Source: Cytophagales bacterium
GTDB lineage: Bacteria > Bacteroidota > Bacteroidia > Cytophagales > Spirosomataceae
NCBI GenBank assembly: GCA_038230755.1
Contig: JBBRMP010000002.1
Location: 4,100-68,099 of the forward strand
DNA: 64,000 nucleotides
Reading direction: 5' to 3'
Below, piece by piece: positions 1 through 9,759 of this stretch (its first letter is position 1; each line of letters begins with the position of its first letter). The position numbers and the translations under genes were made by a program. Under the pieces are notes generated by a model that saw only the letters and a program-made list of their open reading frames with translations, ran no database searches and was not told the DNA's origin.

Positions 1-754
1 AAGTGGCCTCGTGGTAAAGTAGGTCTATACCCCGAATCTGGTCGAGAATCCGTTCGTTGTAGCGTGTATCGGAGCAGTAGGCATAGGACCGCGCTACCGG
101 ACCCGGAACGGTATAATCGGCGGCGGCATACTGAATCTGCCCCATCTCATCCACTACATCGTGGCCTTCTTTCAGCGTTTTTAGCACCTCGATGGGCACA
201 TCGGCAGGAAGGCGGTCGCGCAGGAGGCGGGGTTTGTAGGGCTTTTCGCGGAACAAAAAACCGGTGCAGGCAATGCCGTGGTCGAGCGGAATACTCTCGA
301 CGGTTAGGCCGGGTAAATCCAGCAGCACCGTGGGCACGGCAGCGTCGATGGCCTGAAATTCAAGCGGAAAAAAGAACTTCCCGTTCGACACCCGAAACGT
401 GGTGGTGATCACTTCGTCCAGCCCGCGCGGGCCAAACAGATAGAGCGGCTCGGTGCGCCCACCCATATTCAGGCTCGATAGCAACGGCATCAGCCCAAAA
501 TAATGGTCGCCGTGGAGGTGGCTAATGAAAATGTACTTCAGCCGACTGGGTCGGGCACGCTGCTCGATGAGCCGGTATTGGGTGGCCTCGCCGCAGTCGA
601 TCAGGAAATAATCGCCGTTATAATGCAGCAGTTGGGCCGTTTGGTGGCGGTCGAGCGTCGGCGTTGCCGAGCCGGACCCCAACATGGTAACCGCAAACGG
701 AATGGTGGAAACAGGCTCGGCAACGGGTATATTACCGTTCGGGTTCGGGTTCAA
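1..754 (-). CDS. rnz: Ribonuclease Z (metallo-beta-lactamase fold), 3' end runs off the window; start uncertain (TTG 754 or ATG 685)
   Basis: Not in the ORF track. Manual minus-strand translation gives FAVTMLGSGSATPTLDRHQTA, IFISHLHGDHYFG (HxHxDH) and RSYAYCSDTRY...DLLYHEAT. Confidence 0.9.
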   Translation of the reverse strand, partial: MNPNPNGNIPVAEPVSTIPFAVTMLGSGSATPTLDRHQTAQLLHYNGDYFLIDCGEATQYRLIEQRARPSRLKYIFISHLHGDHYFGLMPLLSSLNMGGRTEPLYLFGPRGLDEVITTTFRVSNGKFFFPLEFQAIDAAVPTVLLDLPGLTVESIPLDHGIACTGFLFREKPYKPRLLRDRLPADVPIEVLKTLKEGHDVVDEMGQIQYAAADYTVPGPVARSYAYCSDTRYNERILDQIRGIDLLYHEAT

Positions 755-1157
755 ATCCTTCATCCAACTCTCCGTCATATTCATCATCGGCACCGCTGCC
801 GAAGTCGTTTTCCAATTCGTTTATAAACACCGCGTCGATGGCTTCTTCCACGGTGGGCAACAGGGTGAGATCAGTAATGCGGGCAGCTTCCAGAAAATCG
901 GTCAGCTCCTCATTCTTCGTTACCAACACCAACAAACCAAGTTCATTACTGCATTGGCGGTTTATTTTCCGAATGGCCATCAACCCCGCCTCGTCAACGG
1001 TTTGCACGGTGGCCAAATCAATAATCAGGCGACCAAACCCTTCACGGATAAGACCCCGGCAGGCACCTTCAAAATCGGCAGGCACCGTGTTGGCAAAATC
1101 GGTTTCGCCCAGCCTCAACAGGGCGTAGCGTTCTGTTTTCTCAGTGGTAAATTCCAT
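732..1157 (-). CDS. STAS-domain protein (anti-sigma factor antagonist-like) with acidic tail
   Basis: LIIDLATVQTVDEAGL STAS-type motif; 141 aa. Confidence 0.75.
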   Translation of the reverse strand: MEFTTEKTERYALLRLGETDFANTVPADFEGACRGLIREGFGRLIIDLATVQTVDEAGLMAIRKINRQCSNELGLLVLVTKNEELTDFLEAARITDLTLLPTVEEAIDAVFINELENDFGSGADDEYDGELDEGFEPEPER

Positions 1158-1260
1158 GTGTATACTCCTCTTGCGAACAGCGCTCAGTTACGTCTACAGA
1201 CGGACACAGGCATCGACGCGCAGGTGATAAACCCTCCGGTCCTGCTGTGTAACGTCGCGT

Positions 1261-2208
1261 CTATTCGTTTGTTTGCAAGTAAGCTAAAATGGCGGTTTCT
1301 AGTTGTTCATCCCTACCATCGGCGGGCGCGGGCTGAAACGGTTGCCCGGTTACGGTCTCGTATAACTCAATATAGCGTGTCGAAATCTGCGTCAGCCATT
1401 CGTCCGACATACTCGGTACGGTTTGGCCTTCTTTTCCCTGGAACCCGTTGGCCATCAACCACTCCCGCACAAATTCCTTCGACAGTTGCCGTTGTGGCTG
1501 GTTGGCCAACAGGCGTTCGGCGTAGCCGTCGGTGTAAAAATAACGGCTCGAATCGGGTGTATGCACTTCGTCGATCAAATAGGTCACGTTGCCCACCCGA
1601 CCAAATTCGTATTTTGTATCGACCAGAATCAGCCCCCGCTCAGCAGCCATCTCGGTGCCCCGCTTAAACAACGCCAGCGCATAGTTTTCCAACTGTACGT
1701 AGTCGGCCTCGCTAACGATGCGTCGGGCCAGAATGGCCTCGCGCGAAATGTCTTCGTCGTGGCCTTTGTGGGCTTTAGTGGTGGGCGTCAAAATCGGGCT
1801 GGGCAGCTGATCGTTTTCGCGCAGGCCGTCGGGTAGCGTTACGCCACACAGTACCCGCCCACCCTCACGGTAGGTACGCCAGGCATGGCCCGCCAGATAG
1901 CCACGCACCACCATTTCCACGGCATAAGGCTCGCAGGCAAGGCCCGCACTGACGGCAGGGTCGGGCGTGGCCAGCAGCCAGTTGGGCACAATGTCGGCGG
2001 TGGCTTTGAGGAAGTAGGCGGCGGTTTGGTTTAGCACCTGCCCTTTGTGTGGCACGGGCCGGGGCAGCACCACATCAAACGCCGAAATCCGGTCGGAGGC
2101 CACCATCACCAGCCGTGGCCCGGCAGGCTGATTGGCAAATGAATACACGTCGCGGACTTTGCCCCGGTAAAAACCAGTCTGTCCGGGGAAAGTGAAGGGG
2201 GTGGGCAT
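1261..2208 (-). CDS. purC: Phosphoribosylaminoimidazole-succinocarboxamide (SAICAR) synthase
   Basis: [40 protein letters not shown] motifs. Confidence 0.97.
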   Translation of the reverse strand: MPTPFTFPGQTGFYRGKVRDVYSFANQPAGPRLVMVASDRISAFDVVLPRPVPHKGQVLNQTAAYFLKATADIVPNWLLATPDPAVSAGLACEPYAVEMVVRGYLAGHAWRTYREGGRVLCGVTLPDGLRENDQLPSPILTPTTKAHKGHDEDISREAILARRIVSEADYVQLENYALALFKRGTEMAAERGLILVDTKYEFGRVGNVTYLIDEVHTPDSSRYFYTDGYAERLLANQPQRQLSKEFVREWLMANGFQGKEGQTVPSMSDEWLTQISTRYIELYETVTGQPFQPAPADGRDEQLETAILAYLQTNE

Positions 2209-2218
2209 AAGTTGTAAT

Positions 2219-2295
2219 TAGTCAATAGTCGGGAGTCGATGGTCGGCTAACACGAGAGTACGCTTGCGTCAGCCGACTATCGACTACTGACTATT
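2219..2295. repeat. Intergenic imperfect palindrome built from ~7-mer repeats (gtcgat/agtc)
   Basis: gtcgatggtcggct...agccgactatcgac arms between thiolase and purC. Confidence 0.65.
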
Positions 2296-2297
2296 TT

Positions 2298-3482
2298 TTA
2301 CATTTTTTCAATAATAATAGCCGAAGCCCCGCCGCCGCCGTTGCAGATGCCGACCGCACCGTAGCGACCGTTTTTCTGGTGTAGCACATTCGTCAGCGTT
2401 GCCACAATGCGGGCACCGGATGCTCCCAGCGGGTGGCCAATGGAAACCGCCCCGCCAAATACGTTCATTTTTCCCTGCGGCACACCAAGTACCTCACTGA
2501 AGGCCAGTGGCACCACAGCAAAAGCCTCGTTGATCTCGAAAAAATCGATTTGGTCGGCGGTCAGTCCGGCACGTTCCAGTGCTTTCGGTACGGCTTTGGT
2601 GGGGGCCGTCGTGAACCACTGCGGCTCCTGCTCAGCATCGGCGAAGGCCAGAATACGGGCCAGTGGTTTCAGGCCCAACTCGGCGGCTTTGGTCGCACTC
2701 ATAATCACCAGTGCCGCCGCCCCGTCGTTGATGGTCGAGGCATTGGCTGCCGTGACGGTACCCGTTTTGGTAAACGCCGGTTTCAGGGCTGGAATTTTGT
2801 CGTAGAAAACGTTTTTGAACTCTTCATCTTCGCTCACCCAAACAGCCCCTTTTTTACCCGGCACCTCCACGGGCACAATTTCTTCCTTAAATGCACCCGA
2901 TTCCGTGGCCGCTTCGGCGCGGCGGTACGACTGCATGGCGTAGGCATCCTGGGTTTCGCGGCTGATGTGGTAACGCTCAGCGGTGGCATCGGCAAAAACC
3001 CCCATTGCGCACTCGTCGTAGGCGTCCAGCAAGCCATCTCTGGCCAGTCCGTCTACCAGTTCAGCATTGCCATATTTATAACCAAAACGGGCCTTGGGCA
3101 CGTAATAGGGCACATTCGACATGCTTTCCATACCCCCGGCAATGATTACGTCGGCCAGGCCAAGCTGAATGGTTTGGGCCGCCAGCATAATGGCTTTGGT
3201 GCCCGATGCGCAGACTTTATTAATCGTGGTGCAGGGAATGTTGGGGGGCAAACCTGCTTTAAGGGCTGCCTGCTTGGCCGGTGCCTGACCCACGTTGGCC
3301 GACACCACATTACCCATGTATACCTCCTCGACTAATTCAGGCGCAATGCCAGCTTTCGCCAGTGCTCCTTTAATAGCCGCAGCCCCCAAATCGGTGGCCG
3401 ACAGCGTTGATAAGGCCCCACCAAAACTGCCGATGGGTGTGCGCACGGCGGCGATAATAACGGCTTCCTGCATAATTCTCAT
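2298..3482 (-). CDS. atoB: Acetyl-CoA C-acetyltransferase (thiolase)
   Basis: NKVCASG, NEAF, GHPLGASG, CNGGGG motifs. Confidence 0.93.
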   Translation of the reverse strand: MRIMQEAVIIAAVRTPIGSFGGALSTLSATDLGAAAIKGALAKAGIAPELVEEVYMGNVVSANVGQAPAKQAALKAGLPPNIPCTTINKVCASGTKAIMLAAQTIQLGLADVIIAGGMESMSNVPYYVPKARFGYKYGNAELVDGLARDGLLDAYDECAMGVFADATAERYHISRETQDAYAMQSYRRAEAATESGAFKEEIVPVEVPGKKGAVWVSEDEEFKNVFYDKIPALKPAFTKTGTVTAANASTINDGAAALVIMSATKAAELGLKPLARILAFADAEQEPQWFTTAPTKAVPKALERAGLTADQIDFFEINEAFAVVPLAFSEVLGVPQGKMNVFGGAVSIGHPLGASGARIVATLTNVLHQKNGRYGAVGICNGGGGASAIIIEKM

Positions 3483-3502
3483 ACTCGTTTATTGATGAAT
3501 GC

Positions 3503-4228
3503 TTACCAGCGTCCGGCGGTTCCTGCACCGTTACGGTGAAGTTGTCGCCGCCGGGCCAGCGCGTAGGGTAGATCGTCGTTTTGCAGCGCGTCGAGCAATC
3601 GTCGGGCTTGTTCTTCGGTCATATTTACGTTTCGAAACGGGTTCAGTTTTGCCTGTTGCTGTTCCGATTTTTCTACCTGCTGCGACACTTGCTGCGCTGC
3701 TGATAAAACCCTGTTTTGGCGTTTCTGCTGCCGTTTTTTGCCCGAATAGCGCGGTTTCAGCCACTCGTAATTCAGACGGGCAGCCTTGTTCTCCGGGTCA
3801 CTAAGCAGCGCCCGCTGAAATTGCGAGAGGGCCGTGGCGGTGTCGTGGCGGTAGCAGGCCAGCACCCCTAACTGCGCCGCTGCGGTGCTAAAAACGGATG
3901 GCGTCACGGAGCTACTCACCAGACCATAATGGTAGGTAGCTGGGGTAAACTGACGAAGATGGAAATAGATGTGCGCCACGGCCAGATGTTCAACCGGCGA
4001 TACGGATTGTCCGGTTTCGAGAACGGTTCTGAACTGGACTAGTGCCTGCCGGTATTGGCCGTTTCGATAAGCCAGTTCGGCCTGCTTACGGGCACGATTT
4101 CGCCGTGATATAAGGCCCAGCTTCGACTCGGCGAGGAACGTGCCATTCAGTACACTATCGCCCACAAGGGCGTTTCCCAGAAAGGGCAGCAGTACTAAAA
4201 ACAGCGCCAGACGAATGAGCAGAACCAT
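3503..4228 (-). CDS. TPR protein, BatC-like
   Basis: N-terminal hydrophobic segment, TPR-like helices, AARLNYE, Q/K-rich linker, MTEEQARRLLDAL...W C-terminus; follows a vWA gene. Confidence 0.7.
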   Translation of the reverse strand: MVLLIRLALFLVLLPFLGNALVGDSVLNGTFLAESKLGLISRRNRARKQAELAYRNGQYRQALVQFRTVLETGQSVSPVEHLAVAHIYFHLRQFTPATYHYGLVSSSVTPSVFSTAAAQLGVLACYRHDTATALSQFQRALLSDPENKAARLNYEWLKPRYSGKKRQQKRQNRVLSAAQQVSQQVEKSEQQQAKLNPFRNVNMTEEQARRLLDALQNDDLPYALARRRQLHRNGAGTAGRW

Positions 4229-4269
4229 ACCGGGTCAAAATTACGGAAAAAGGGTGAGGGCCAAACGGG

Positions 4270-5220
4270 CTACAGCCGGAATGTCCGCACCGTGATAAGC
4301 ACGTCAAGGGCGATCAGTACCAACGCCACGCCCAGAAAATAATAGTACTTATTGGTCGAAACCGCCAGTCGCCGTTGGTCTATTGTGCGTCCCGGTAGCG
4401 ACCGCAGGGCCATTGCTACCTGATCGGCTACCCCGTCTGTGCCATCGAAATAGTGCCCCGGCGTGTTCCGAACCAGTGTCCGCAGCCAGTCACGGTTCAG
4501 GCGGGTGTGGGCAATTTGCCCCTGATCATCTCTCAAGTAAGCACCGCCCTCGCGGATAGGACCACCGGCCTCAGTACCCATGCCAACGGCCATCAGGGCA
4601 ATACCATATTGCTTGAATTGAGCGAGGATAGTCGGGGCGCAGGGGCCAAAGTTTTCGCCGTCACTCACCAGCACCACTGCCTGCGTATGGCGCTGCGTGG
4701 TCGAGTCGGCCAGTAATTTCTGGCGGGCCAGTTCAAGGGCGGCGCACAGGCTACTACCGCCGGTTGGTTCGGCCTGAGCGGCCCGCAACAACTGGCCCAA
4801 CGCGGCACGGTCGGTGGTCAGCGGCGACAGCAAAAATGCATCGTCTGACACCAATATAAGGCCGAAGCGGTCTGTAGACAGCGAATCAAGCAGTTGCCCC
4901 ATCACAAATTTTGCCCGCTCCAGGCGCGTGGGTGCTACGTCGGCGGCATCCATCGACCGCGACACATCGAGCACCACGAACACATCGCGCCCCTGCGTGG
5001 AAATGCTGTGGGTAGCTTCGCCGAAAAGCGGGCCAAGCAAGGCAATCAGCAGCATAGCTAGGGCGCCGGAGCGAAGCACGAATTTGGGCACTACAGCCCA
5101 GGGCGTCACATTCAGCAGCCGCGCCAGCCGAAATGAACGCACGAAATAATACACATAGAGCAAGCCAAAAACGCCTACGATACCCCACTCTGCCGACGAA
5201 AATGGATATAACCAGCTCAT
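4270..5220 (-). CDS. Membrane-anchored vWA-domain protein, BatB-like
   Basis: DVSRSM MIDAS, PTRLERAK, PLTTD, SDGE; TM segments at both termini. Confidence 0.85.
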   Translation of the reverse strand: MSWLYPFSSAEWGIVGVFGLLYVYYFVRSFRLARLLNVTPWAVVPKFVLRSGALAMLLIALLGPLFGEATHSISTQGRDVFVVLDVSRSMDAADVAPTRLERAKFVMGQLLDSLSTDRFGLILVSDDAFLLSPLTTDRAALGQLLRAAQAEPTGGSSLCAALELARQKLLADSTTQRHTQAVVLVSDGENFGPCAPTILAQFKQYGIALMAVGMGTEAGGPIREGGAYLRDDQGQIAHTRLNRDWLRTLVRNTPGHYFDGTDGVADQVAMALRSLPGRTIDQRRLAVSTNKYYYFLGVALVLIALDVLITVRTFRL

Positions 5221-5356
5221 TCGTTCTTTATTTGCCCAACCTATTTTTGGCTGTCAGGTAACTCAGTGCCAACCATTTGACGTTTTTTACCGTCGAAATA
5301 GCCAACCTATGTTGCTGCGAAAGTAGGTCAATGCAAAAGAAAAACGGCCTTTAGGG

Positions 5357-5387
5357 TTGCGTAATGCTATGTGGCATCCTATATTTG
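5357..5387 (+). promoter_or_regulatory. Bacteroidota primary-sigma promoter for the tRNA cluster
   Basis: TTG (-33) ... TATATTTG (-7, TAnnTTTG consensus), 40 bp before tRNA-Ser. Confidence 0.7.
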
Positions 5388-5426
5388 CACTCTAATCAAA
5401 CGGAAACGGGCGATTGTCAGCCGAGT

Positions 5427-5516
5427 GGAGAGATGGGTGAGTGGCCGATACCAGCAGTTTGCTAAACTGCCGTACCCGCAAGGGTACCGAGGGTTCGAAT
5501 CCCTCTTTCTCCGCCA
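5427..5516 (+). tRNA. tRNA-Ser(GCT)
   Basis: GGAGAGA acceptor, anticodon arm gcagt-ttGCTaa-actgc, long variable arm, GTTCGAATC, CCA end. Confidence 0.97.
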
Positions 5517-5582
5517 TATTAAGCAAGTAGTTTACGTTTGGCGGTTTAGTTTACCGGACCCGGCAAATGAGTTAAGTAGCTT

Positions 5583-5659
5583 CGGGGTGTAGCGTAGCCC
5601 GGTATCGCGCCTGCTTTGGGAGCAGGAGGTCGTAGGTTCGAATCCTGCCACCCCGACCA
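5583..5659 (+). tRNA. tRNA-Pro(TGG)
   Basis: CGGGGTG acceptor, cctgc-ttTGGga-gcagg, GTTCGAATC, CCA end. Confidence 0.97.
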
Positions 5660-5666
5660 CAGTGAG

Positions 5667-5729
5667 TTGGCAGTTTACAGTAGCAGTTAGCAGTTTTCTT
5701 CTCTGCCCACTGCTACTGCAAACTGCCAA
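5667..5729. repeat. 7-mer-period palindrome between tRNAs
   Basis: ttggcagtttacagtagcagt ... actgctactgcaaactgccaa. Confidence 0.75.
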
Positions 5730-5737
5730 TTTTTTTT

Positions 5738-5814
5738 GGTCTCATAGCTCAGTTGGATAGAGCATCTTCCTTCTAAGAAGGCGGTCGCTGGTTCGAATCC
5801 AGCTGGGATCACCA
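5738..5814 (+). tRNA. tRNA-Arg(TCT)
   Basis: GGTCTCA acceptor, tcttc-ctTCTaa-gaagg, GTTCGAATC, CCA end. Confidence 0.96.
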
Positions 5815-5824
5815 TTGATTATCA

Positions 5825-5856
5825 AGCACTTACAGAAAATAGTAGGTGCTTTTTTT
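5825..5856 (+). terminator. Intrinsic terminator after tRNA cluster
   Basis: aagcactta...taggtgctt followed by a T run. Confidence 0.65.
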
Positions 5857-5921
5857 ATTATTGGCTGAACCGTTAGTCGAAACAAGGGTACTGTTACTCT
5901 TCTCATAACTTACTCATTATC

Positions 5922-6848
5922 ATGCGCTACTTAGTTTTCAGCCTCCTTTTAGGGTTGTCGATTGGCTTCGCGGGTGCCCAAAACCCTGATCCACAGGATG
6001 TGGCGGCTATCAAGGGCCAGTGCGGTTGCCACGACGTCTCTTTTGCGTATGCCGAGACGTTTTCGCCCGACAAACAGTACCAATTCAAAGATTGCTACAC
6101 GGCCAAAGGCACCGAATGGGTTTTTGTAGAGGAAGAAAAAGGGCCAGCAACTACCCCCCACAAACTCGTGATTCAACACCTGCTGGTTGTGGGTGATTCG
6201 ATGGTGATCAAACACTGGCGCGAAGACTGGACCTATCAATCGACCAGCTTATTAGCCTTCGACCAGAACGCGGCCTGGAAACGCCGGACGCTGACACCCC
6301 AACAGGCCAGCCACACCTGGACTCAACAGGTGTTTGAGGTCGACGATAGCCCGCGCTACGAAGGAGTAGCCACCTGGATTCACGCCGACGGACGGCATTA
6401 TTGGGAAAGCACCGTGGACGCGCCGCTGCCCCGCCGCGAGTATACCAAACGCCACGATTATAATGTCATGCGCCGGACCAATCACCACGAGATTTCGGCT
6501 ACGGGATATGTACATGAGCAGGACAACGACAAGATCATCCGGTCTGAAGCAGGCGATGAGTTGCTGGCTTCCGAAAAAGGGCTGAATGTGTATACCCGCA
6601 CCGACGAAGCGACATGTGCCGTTGCCAAAGTGTGGTGGACCAAACACCGGGCTTATTGGGCCGATGTTCGGGTGGTTTGGGCCGACGTACTGACCGGGCG
6701 GCCTAACGTGGCGCTACGTCAGCAGGTGAAAGGCATGGTGCTGGGCAAGGAACTGGACGACCTAGAGAAATTGGCCATCGCTACGCCCGGCACAAAAGCC
6801 GCCAGCCATGACGTAATTAAGCAGATAATGCTAAAATACCTGAAATGA
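5922..6848 (+). CDS. Secreted protein, DUF6607-like
   Basis: Signal peptide; GQCGC..V.F.YAETF, IQHLL, KHWREDW, DDSPRY, PLPRRE, HEQDN, which I recognise from this Bacteroidota family. Confidence 0.75.
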   Translation: MRYLVFSLLLGLSIGFAGAQNPDPQDVAAIKGQCGCHDVSFAYAETFSPDKQYQFKDCYTAKGTEWVFVEEEKGPATTPHKLVIQHLLVVGDSMVIKHWREDWTYQSTSLLAFDQNAAWKRRTLTPQQASHTWTQQVFEVDDSPRYEGVATWIHADGRHYWESTVDAPLPRREYTKRHDYNVMRRTNHHEISATGYVHEQDNDKIIRSEAGDELLASEKGLNVYTRTDEATCAVAKVWWTKHRAYWADVRVVWADVLTGRPNVALRQQVKGMVLGKELDDLEKLAIATPGTKAASHDVIKQIMLKYLK

Positions 6849-6916
6849 GCCTTCCTGACGGGAAAACAGGGAAGTAGTTGCCTGAAAAAGCCCTGATCAC
6901 GCAACCAGAATCACGC

Positions 6917-6953
6917 AAAAGGCCAGCTACCGAGTCGGTAGCTGGCCTTTTTT
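6917..6953. terminator. Bidirectional intrinsic terminator
   Basis: aaaaggccagctaccg-agt-cggtagctggcctttt. Confidence 0.85.
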
Positions 6954-7175
6954 AGCAGACAATTGGTATACGTGTCAGGGTTATTTCCCGCCTTTTTTCG
7001 GCTTGGGATTCAAATCGGGCGGGGCAACAGCCGTGCCGGTTTGTTCGTATTTCGGGACTTTGTGCACCCCGTGTACTTTAGGCGCTTTCGTAGCCACCTT
7101 CTTTCCACTTTTGTTCTTTTCCTCGTCTGTTCCAGTTGTGCTTACCTGTTTTCAGGGTTTAGGTCGCCATGTGAA

Positions 7176-7448
7176 TTATTCGGCGGTTGTGGGATCAATA
7201 ATAGCCCTTACTTCGCTCACCGAATTGGCCGGAAAGCCACCCTGTCGGGCATGTTCACGCACGGTTTCTTTGTCGGGCGCGATGTAAATGCAGTATAGCT
7301 TGTTAGGTGTTACGTAGCTCTTCAACCACTAAACATGTGGTCCCATGGTGGTCAGGACATTGCAGGGGGCCCGCGAAATGCCTCTTAACTGGTCGGCTGA
7401 CAGGTCGCCAACACCGGGAATCTCTCGTTCAATGACATACTTAGACAT
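7176..7448 (-). pseudogene. DUF4242-family small protein with in-frame TAG at codon 40
   Basis: Manual translation MSKYVIEREIPGVGDLSADQL...MGPHV*WLKSYVTPNKLYCIYIAPDKETVREHARQGGFPANSVSEVRAIIDPTTAE; stop at 7329-7331. Confidence 0.8.
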
Positions 7449-7641
7449 GGTTACCTGGGTTTTGTTTAGACAAAGCTCTGCCTTTGTTTATGCCCATGAA
7501 ATCACTGAATTCCGTGATTGTGTGTCCCCGAATTACGTGATTTTCACCCAACCAAAAGTAGTCGGGTTGCTGCTAACGGTCAGGGGTTAGCTGGCGATAG
7601 CAGGCCAATTTTGGGCTTATCAATCTCAACCGCCCACTGCC

Positions 7642-7720
7642 GTGAGAATCGCCTTTTTCAGTGCCCTACCCTTCGAGCAAACCGAGGGCGTGGGGCTCGA
7701 TAACATCGATCAGGTGGCTT
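7642..7720 (+). pseudogene. Deleted remnant of a D-2-hydroxyacid dehydrogenase (ldhA-like)
   Basis: GTG start; MRIAFFSALPFEQ joined almost directly to GVGLDNIDQVA. Confidence 0.5.
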
Positions 7721-7892
7721 CGTTATCCTGCTCAATCTCCTGATATTCAGCAATGGTAAGGTCAGTGTTGATGATAACAGATTCGGCATAGGCGGGCATC
7801 GGCATGGGGTATCCCACCGAATGAAACAGTTGGATAACGACCCCGTTAGTATGGGCAATATCGACTGCTACCGACAGGGTAACGTCGGTGCA
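7710..7892 (-). pseudogene. Universal stress protein (UspA) N-terminal fragment
   Basis: TDVTLSVAVDIAHTNGVVIQLFHSVGYPMPMPAYAE...EIEQD resembles the Cytophagales USP N-terminus; no start, truncated. Confidence 0.5.
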
Positions 7893-8025
7893 ATTACCTG
7901 ACTTTCATCACTTGACCAAGATCAGCCCAATGCCTGATACAGCTCTGTGACTAGCTGCTATGAGGTTGGTAGCTTTGCTCAAAAACAACCCTTAGTTAGG
8001 CAGCTTTCGCTTCTAGGGTATCACC

Positions 8026-8280
8026 ATGCCTATGGTACTCTGTATTGCCGTGGGTCAGGCCTGCATTTCCCTGTCGATGTTCATGAAAAGCGTTTGGTTT
8101 CGGGTGGGTTGCGTGGGCGGCATAGTAGTCTGCCTCGCCACTGCACCGCTGGGATCAAGTGCCACTTTTCCGGCTACCTTGCTGCTGGCCTATGCATTGT
8201 ACCTCCTCTACAAACACGAAGACCCCGAAACCGTTGCCGAGGTACTCGACCACAATCGGGTGTTACTACCTCTCGACTAG
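8026..8280 (+). CDS. Small membrane protein, unknown function
   Basis: 84 aa, two or three hydrophobic segments; ends 21 bp before the LOG gene on the same strand. Confidence 0.45.
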   Translation: MPMVLCIAVGQACISLSMFMKSVWFRVGCVGGIVVCLATAPLGSSATFPATLLLAYALYLLYKHEDPETVAEVLDHNRVLLPLD

Positions 8281-8301
8281 CCCTTTTTCACCTGCCCCAA
8301 C

Positions 8302-9078
8302 ATGATCACCTCGCCACCCGCTTCGCCCGTTGAGCCTACCCCCCGGCCACCCATCCGCCCCTTACTGACCGACTCCCTGGCGCAGGCCCTCAACGGCCCC
8401 AAAGACCGCCAGTCGGAATTACGATTCATTTTCCAGATTGGCTGGCAGTTTATGAAAGGCTTGCGCACACTTCACTTTGTGGGGCCGTGCGTAACGGTCT
8501 TTGGCTCAGCGCGTTTCCGCGAAGGACATGTGTATTACGAAAAAGCCCGGCAGATCGGCCGGGCCATTCACGAACTTGGTTTTACAACCATGACGGGTGG
8601 CGGGCCGGGCCTGATGGAAGCCGCCAACCGGGGCGCCTATGAGGCGGGGGGGCGGTCGGTTGGGTGTAATATCCGCCTCCCGTTCGAGCAACAGCCTAAC
8701 CCATATCTGCACAGCAGCGTCACCATCGACTTCTTTTTTGTGCGCAAAGTGCTGCTGCTCAAATATTCGTATGCCTTTGTGGTGATGCCCGGCGGCTGGG
8801 GTACCATGGACGAACTGTTCGAGACGCTGACACTGGTGCAGACCGCCGTCATTCACAGTTTCCCGGTAGTGCTTATGGGCCGCGACTATTACCAGCCGCT
8901 CATGAACTACATGCAGGATATGATTCGGGCGGGCACCATTGGCGAGGCGGATTTGCAATACGTTTGCCTCACCGACGACGTGGTCGAGGCCCGGCAACAC
9001 ATTCAGGTGTACGTGGAGAAGAACTACACGATAATCCGCCGACGCAAACCACTTTGGTGGCTTCTGGAACGGGTTTAA
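8302..9078 (+). CDS. LOG family protein (TIGR00730, nucleotide monophosphate phosphoribohydrolase)
   Basis: VFGSAR, TGGGPGLMEAANRGA, FFVRK, PGGWGTMDE. Confidence 0.92.
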   Translation: MITSPPASPVEPTPRPPIRPLLTDSLAQALNGPKDRQSELRFIFQIGWQFMKGLRTLHFVGPCVTVFGSARFREGHVYYEKARQIGRAIHELGFTTMTGGGPGLMEAANRGAYEAGGRSVGCNIRLPFEQQPNPYLHSSVTIDFFFVRKVLLLKYSYAFVVMPGGWGTMDELFETLTLVQTAVIHSFPVVLMGRDYYQPLMNYMQDMIRAGTIGEADLQYVCLTDDVVEARQHIQVYVEKNYTIIRRRKPLWWLLERV

Positions 9079-9130
9079 TGGCGGGCCCAGAGGGTCCGAC
9101 GTGCTGGTAGCACGCCCAGCGTCAATCCAC

Positions 9131-9691
9131 TTATCGGTGTTTAATCACCGTTTGTGGTCGCGTAAAAGGCGGCTGGCGGAGGAGTTGAAAGGCATCTTCG
9201 TCGCCCAGCATCACGGCACGGCGGAGATCGTTTTCGGCCTGACTGATTTGCCGAAGCTCGATGCGGGCGCGGGCACGCCACCGGTAAGCATCGGGGCGTT
9301 CGTCGCGGATGTGCCAGACGGCCTTGTCAAACTCGCGGAAGGCTTCGGTGTATTGCTCCGTTTTATAAAACGCCACACCCCGGTCGAGGTAGCAGTCGGC
9401 GATGGTATTGTCGCGGTTGAGGGCCTGGGTGAGGTCGTAAATGGCCGAATAATGATTGTCGAGCAGCAACTGGCATTTTCCCCGAAACGCATACGCTACC
9501 GCCGAGTTGGGGTGCTGTTTTACCGCACTGTCGAAATAATCGAATGCCTCGTTGATCTGCCGCTCCTTAAGCTGCTGAATACCAGCCTGAAACCGCCGCA
9601 TGTCTTTATCCGTTGCCGTTTCGTGGTCGATCAGGTAATAGCGTAGGATCAGGTAAATAATAAACAGGAATCCCAGGGCTGCGACTTCCAT
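9131..9691 (-). CDS. Membrane-anchored TPR protein
   Basis: N-terminal TM followed by four TPR-like repeats. Confidence 0.85.
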   Translation of the reverse strand: MEVAALGFLFIIYLILRYYLIDHETATDKDMRRFQAGIQQLKERQINEAFDYFDSAVKQHPNSAVAYAFRGKCQLLLDNHYSAIYDLTQALNRDNTIADCYLDRGVAFYKTEQYTEAFREFDKAVWHIRDERPDAYRWRARARIELRQISQAENDLRRAVMLGDEDAFQLLRQPPFTRPQTVIKHR

Positions 9692-9759
9692 ACCGTTGAT
9701 GCGTCGTTGTTGAGTAGGCTAATTTACAAATTTCGGGCTAACCAAAATGCCGTTCGGTA

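Noticed and set aside
5371-5729. ORFs 5371-5592 and 5532-5729
   Set aside because: They overlap tRNA genes.
5815-8025. Prophage or integrative element at tRNA-Arg
   Set aside because: No integrase, no phage genes, and no duplicated tRNA 3' end seen in the window.
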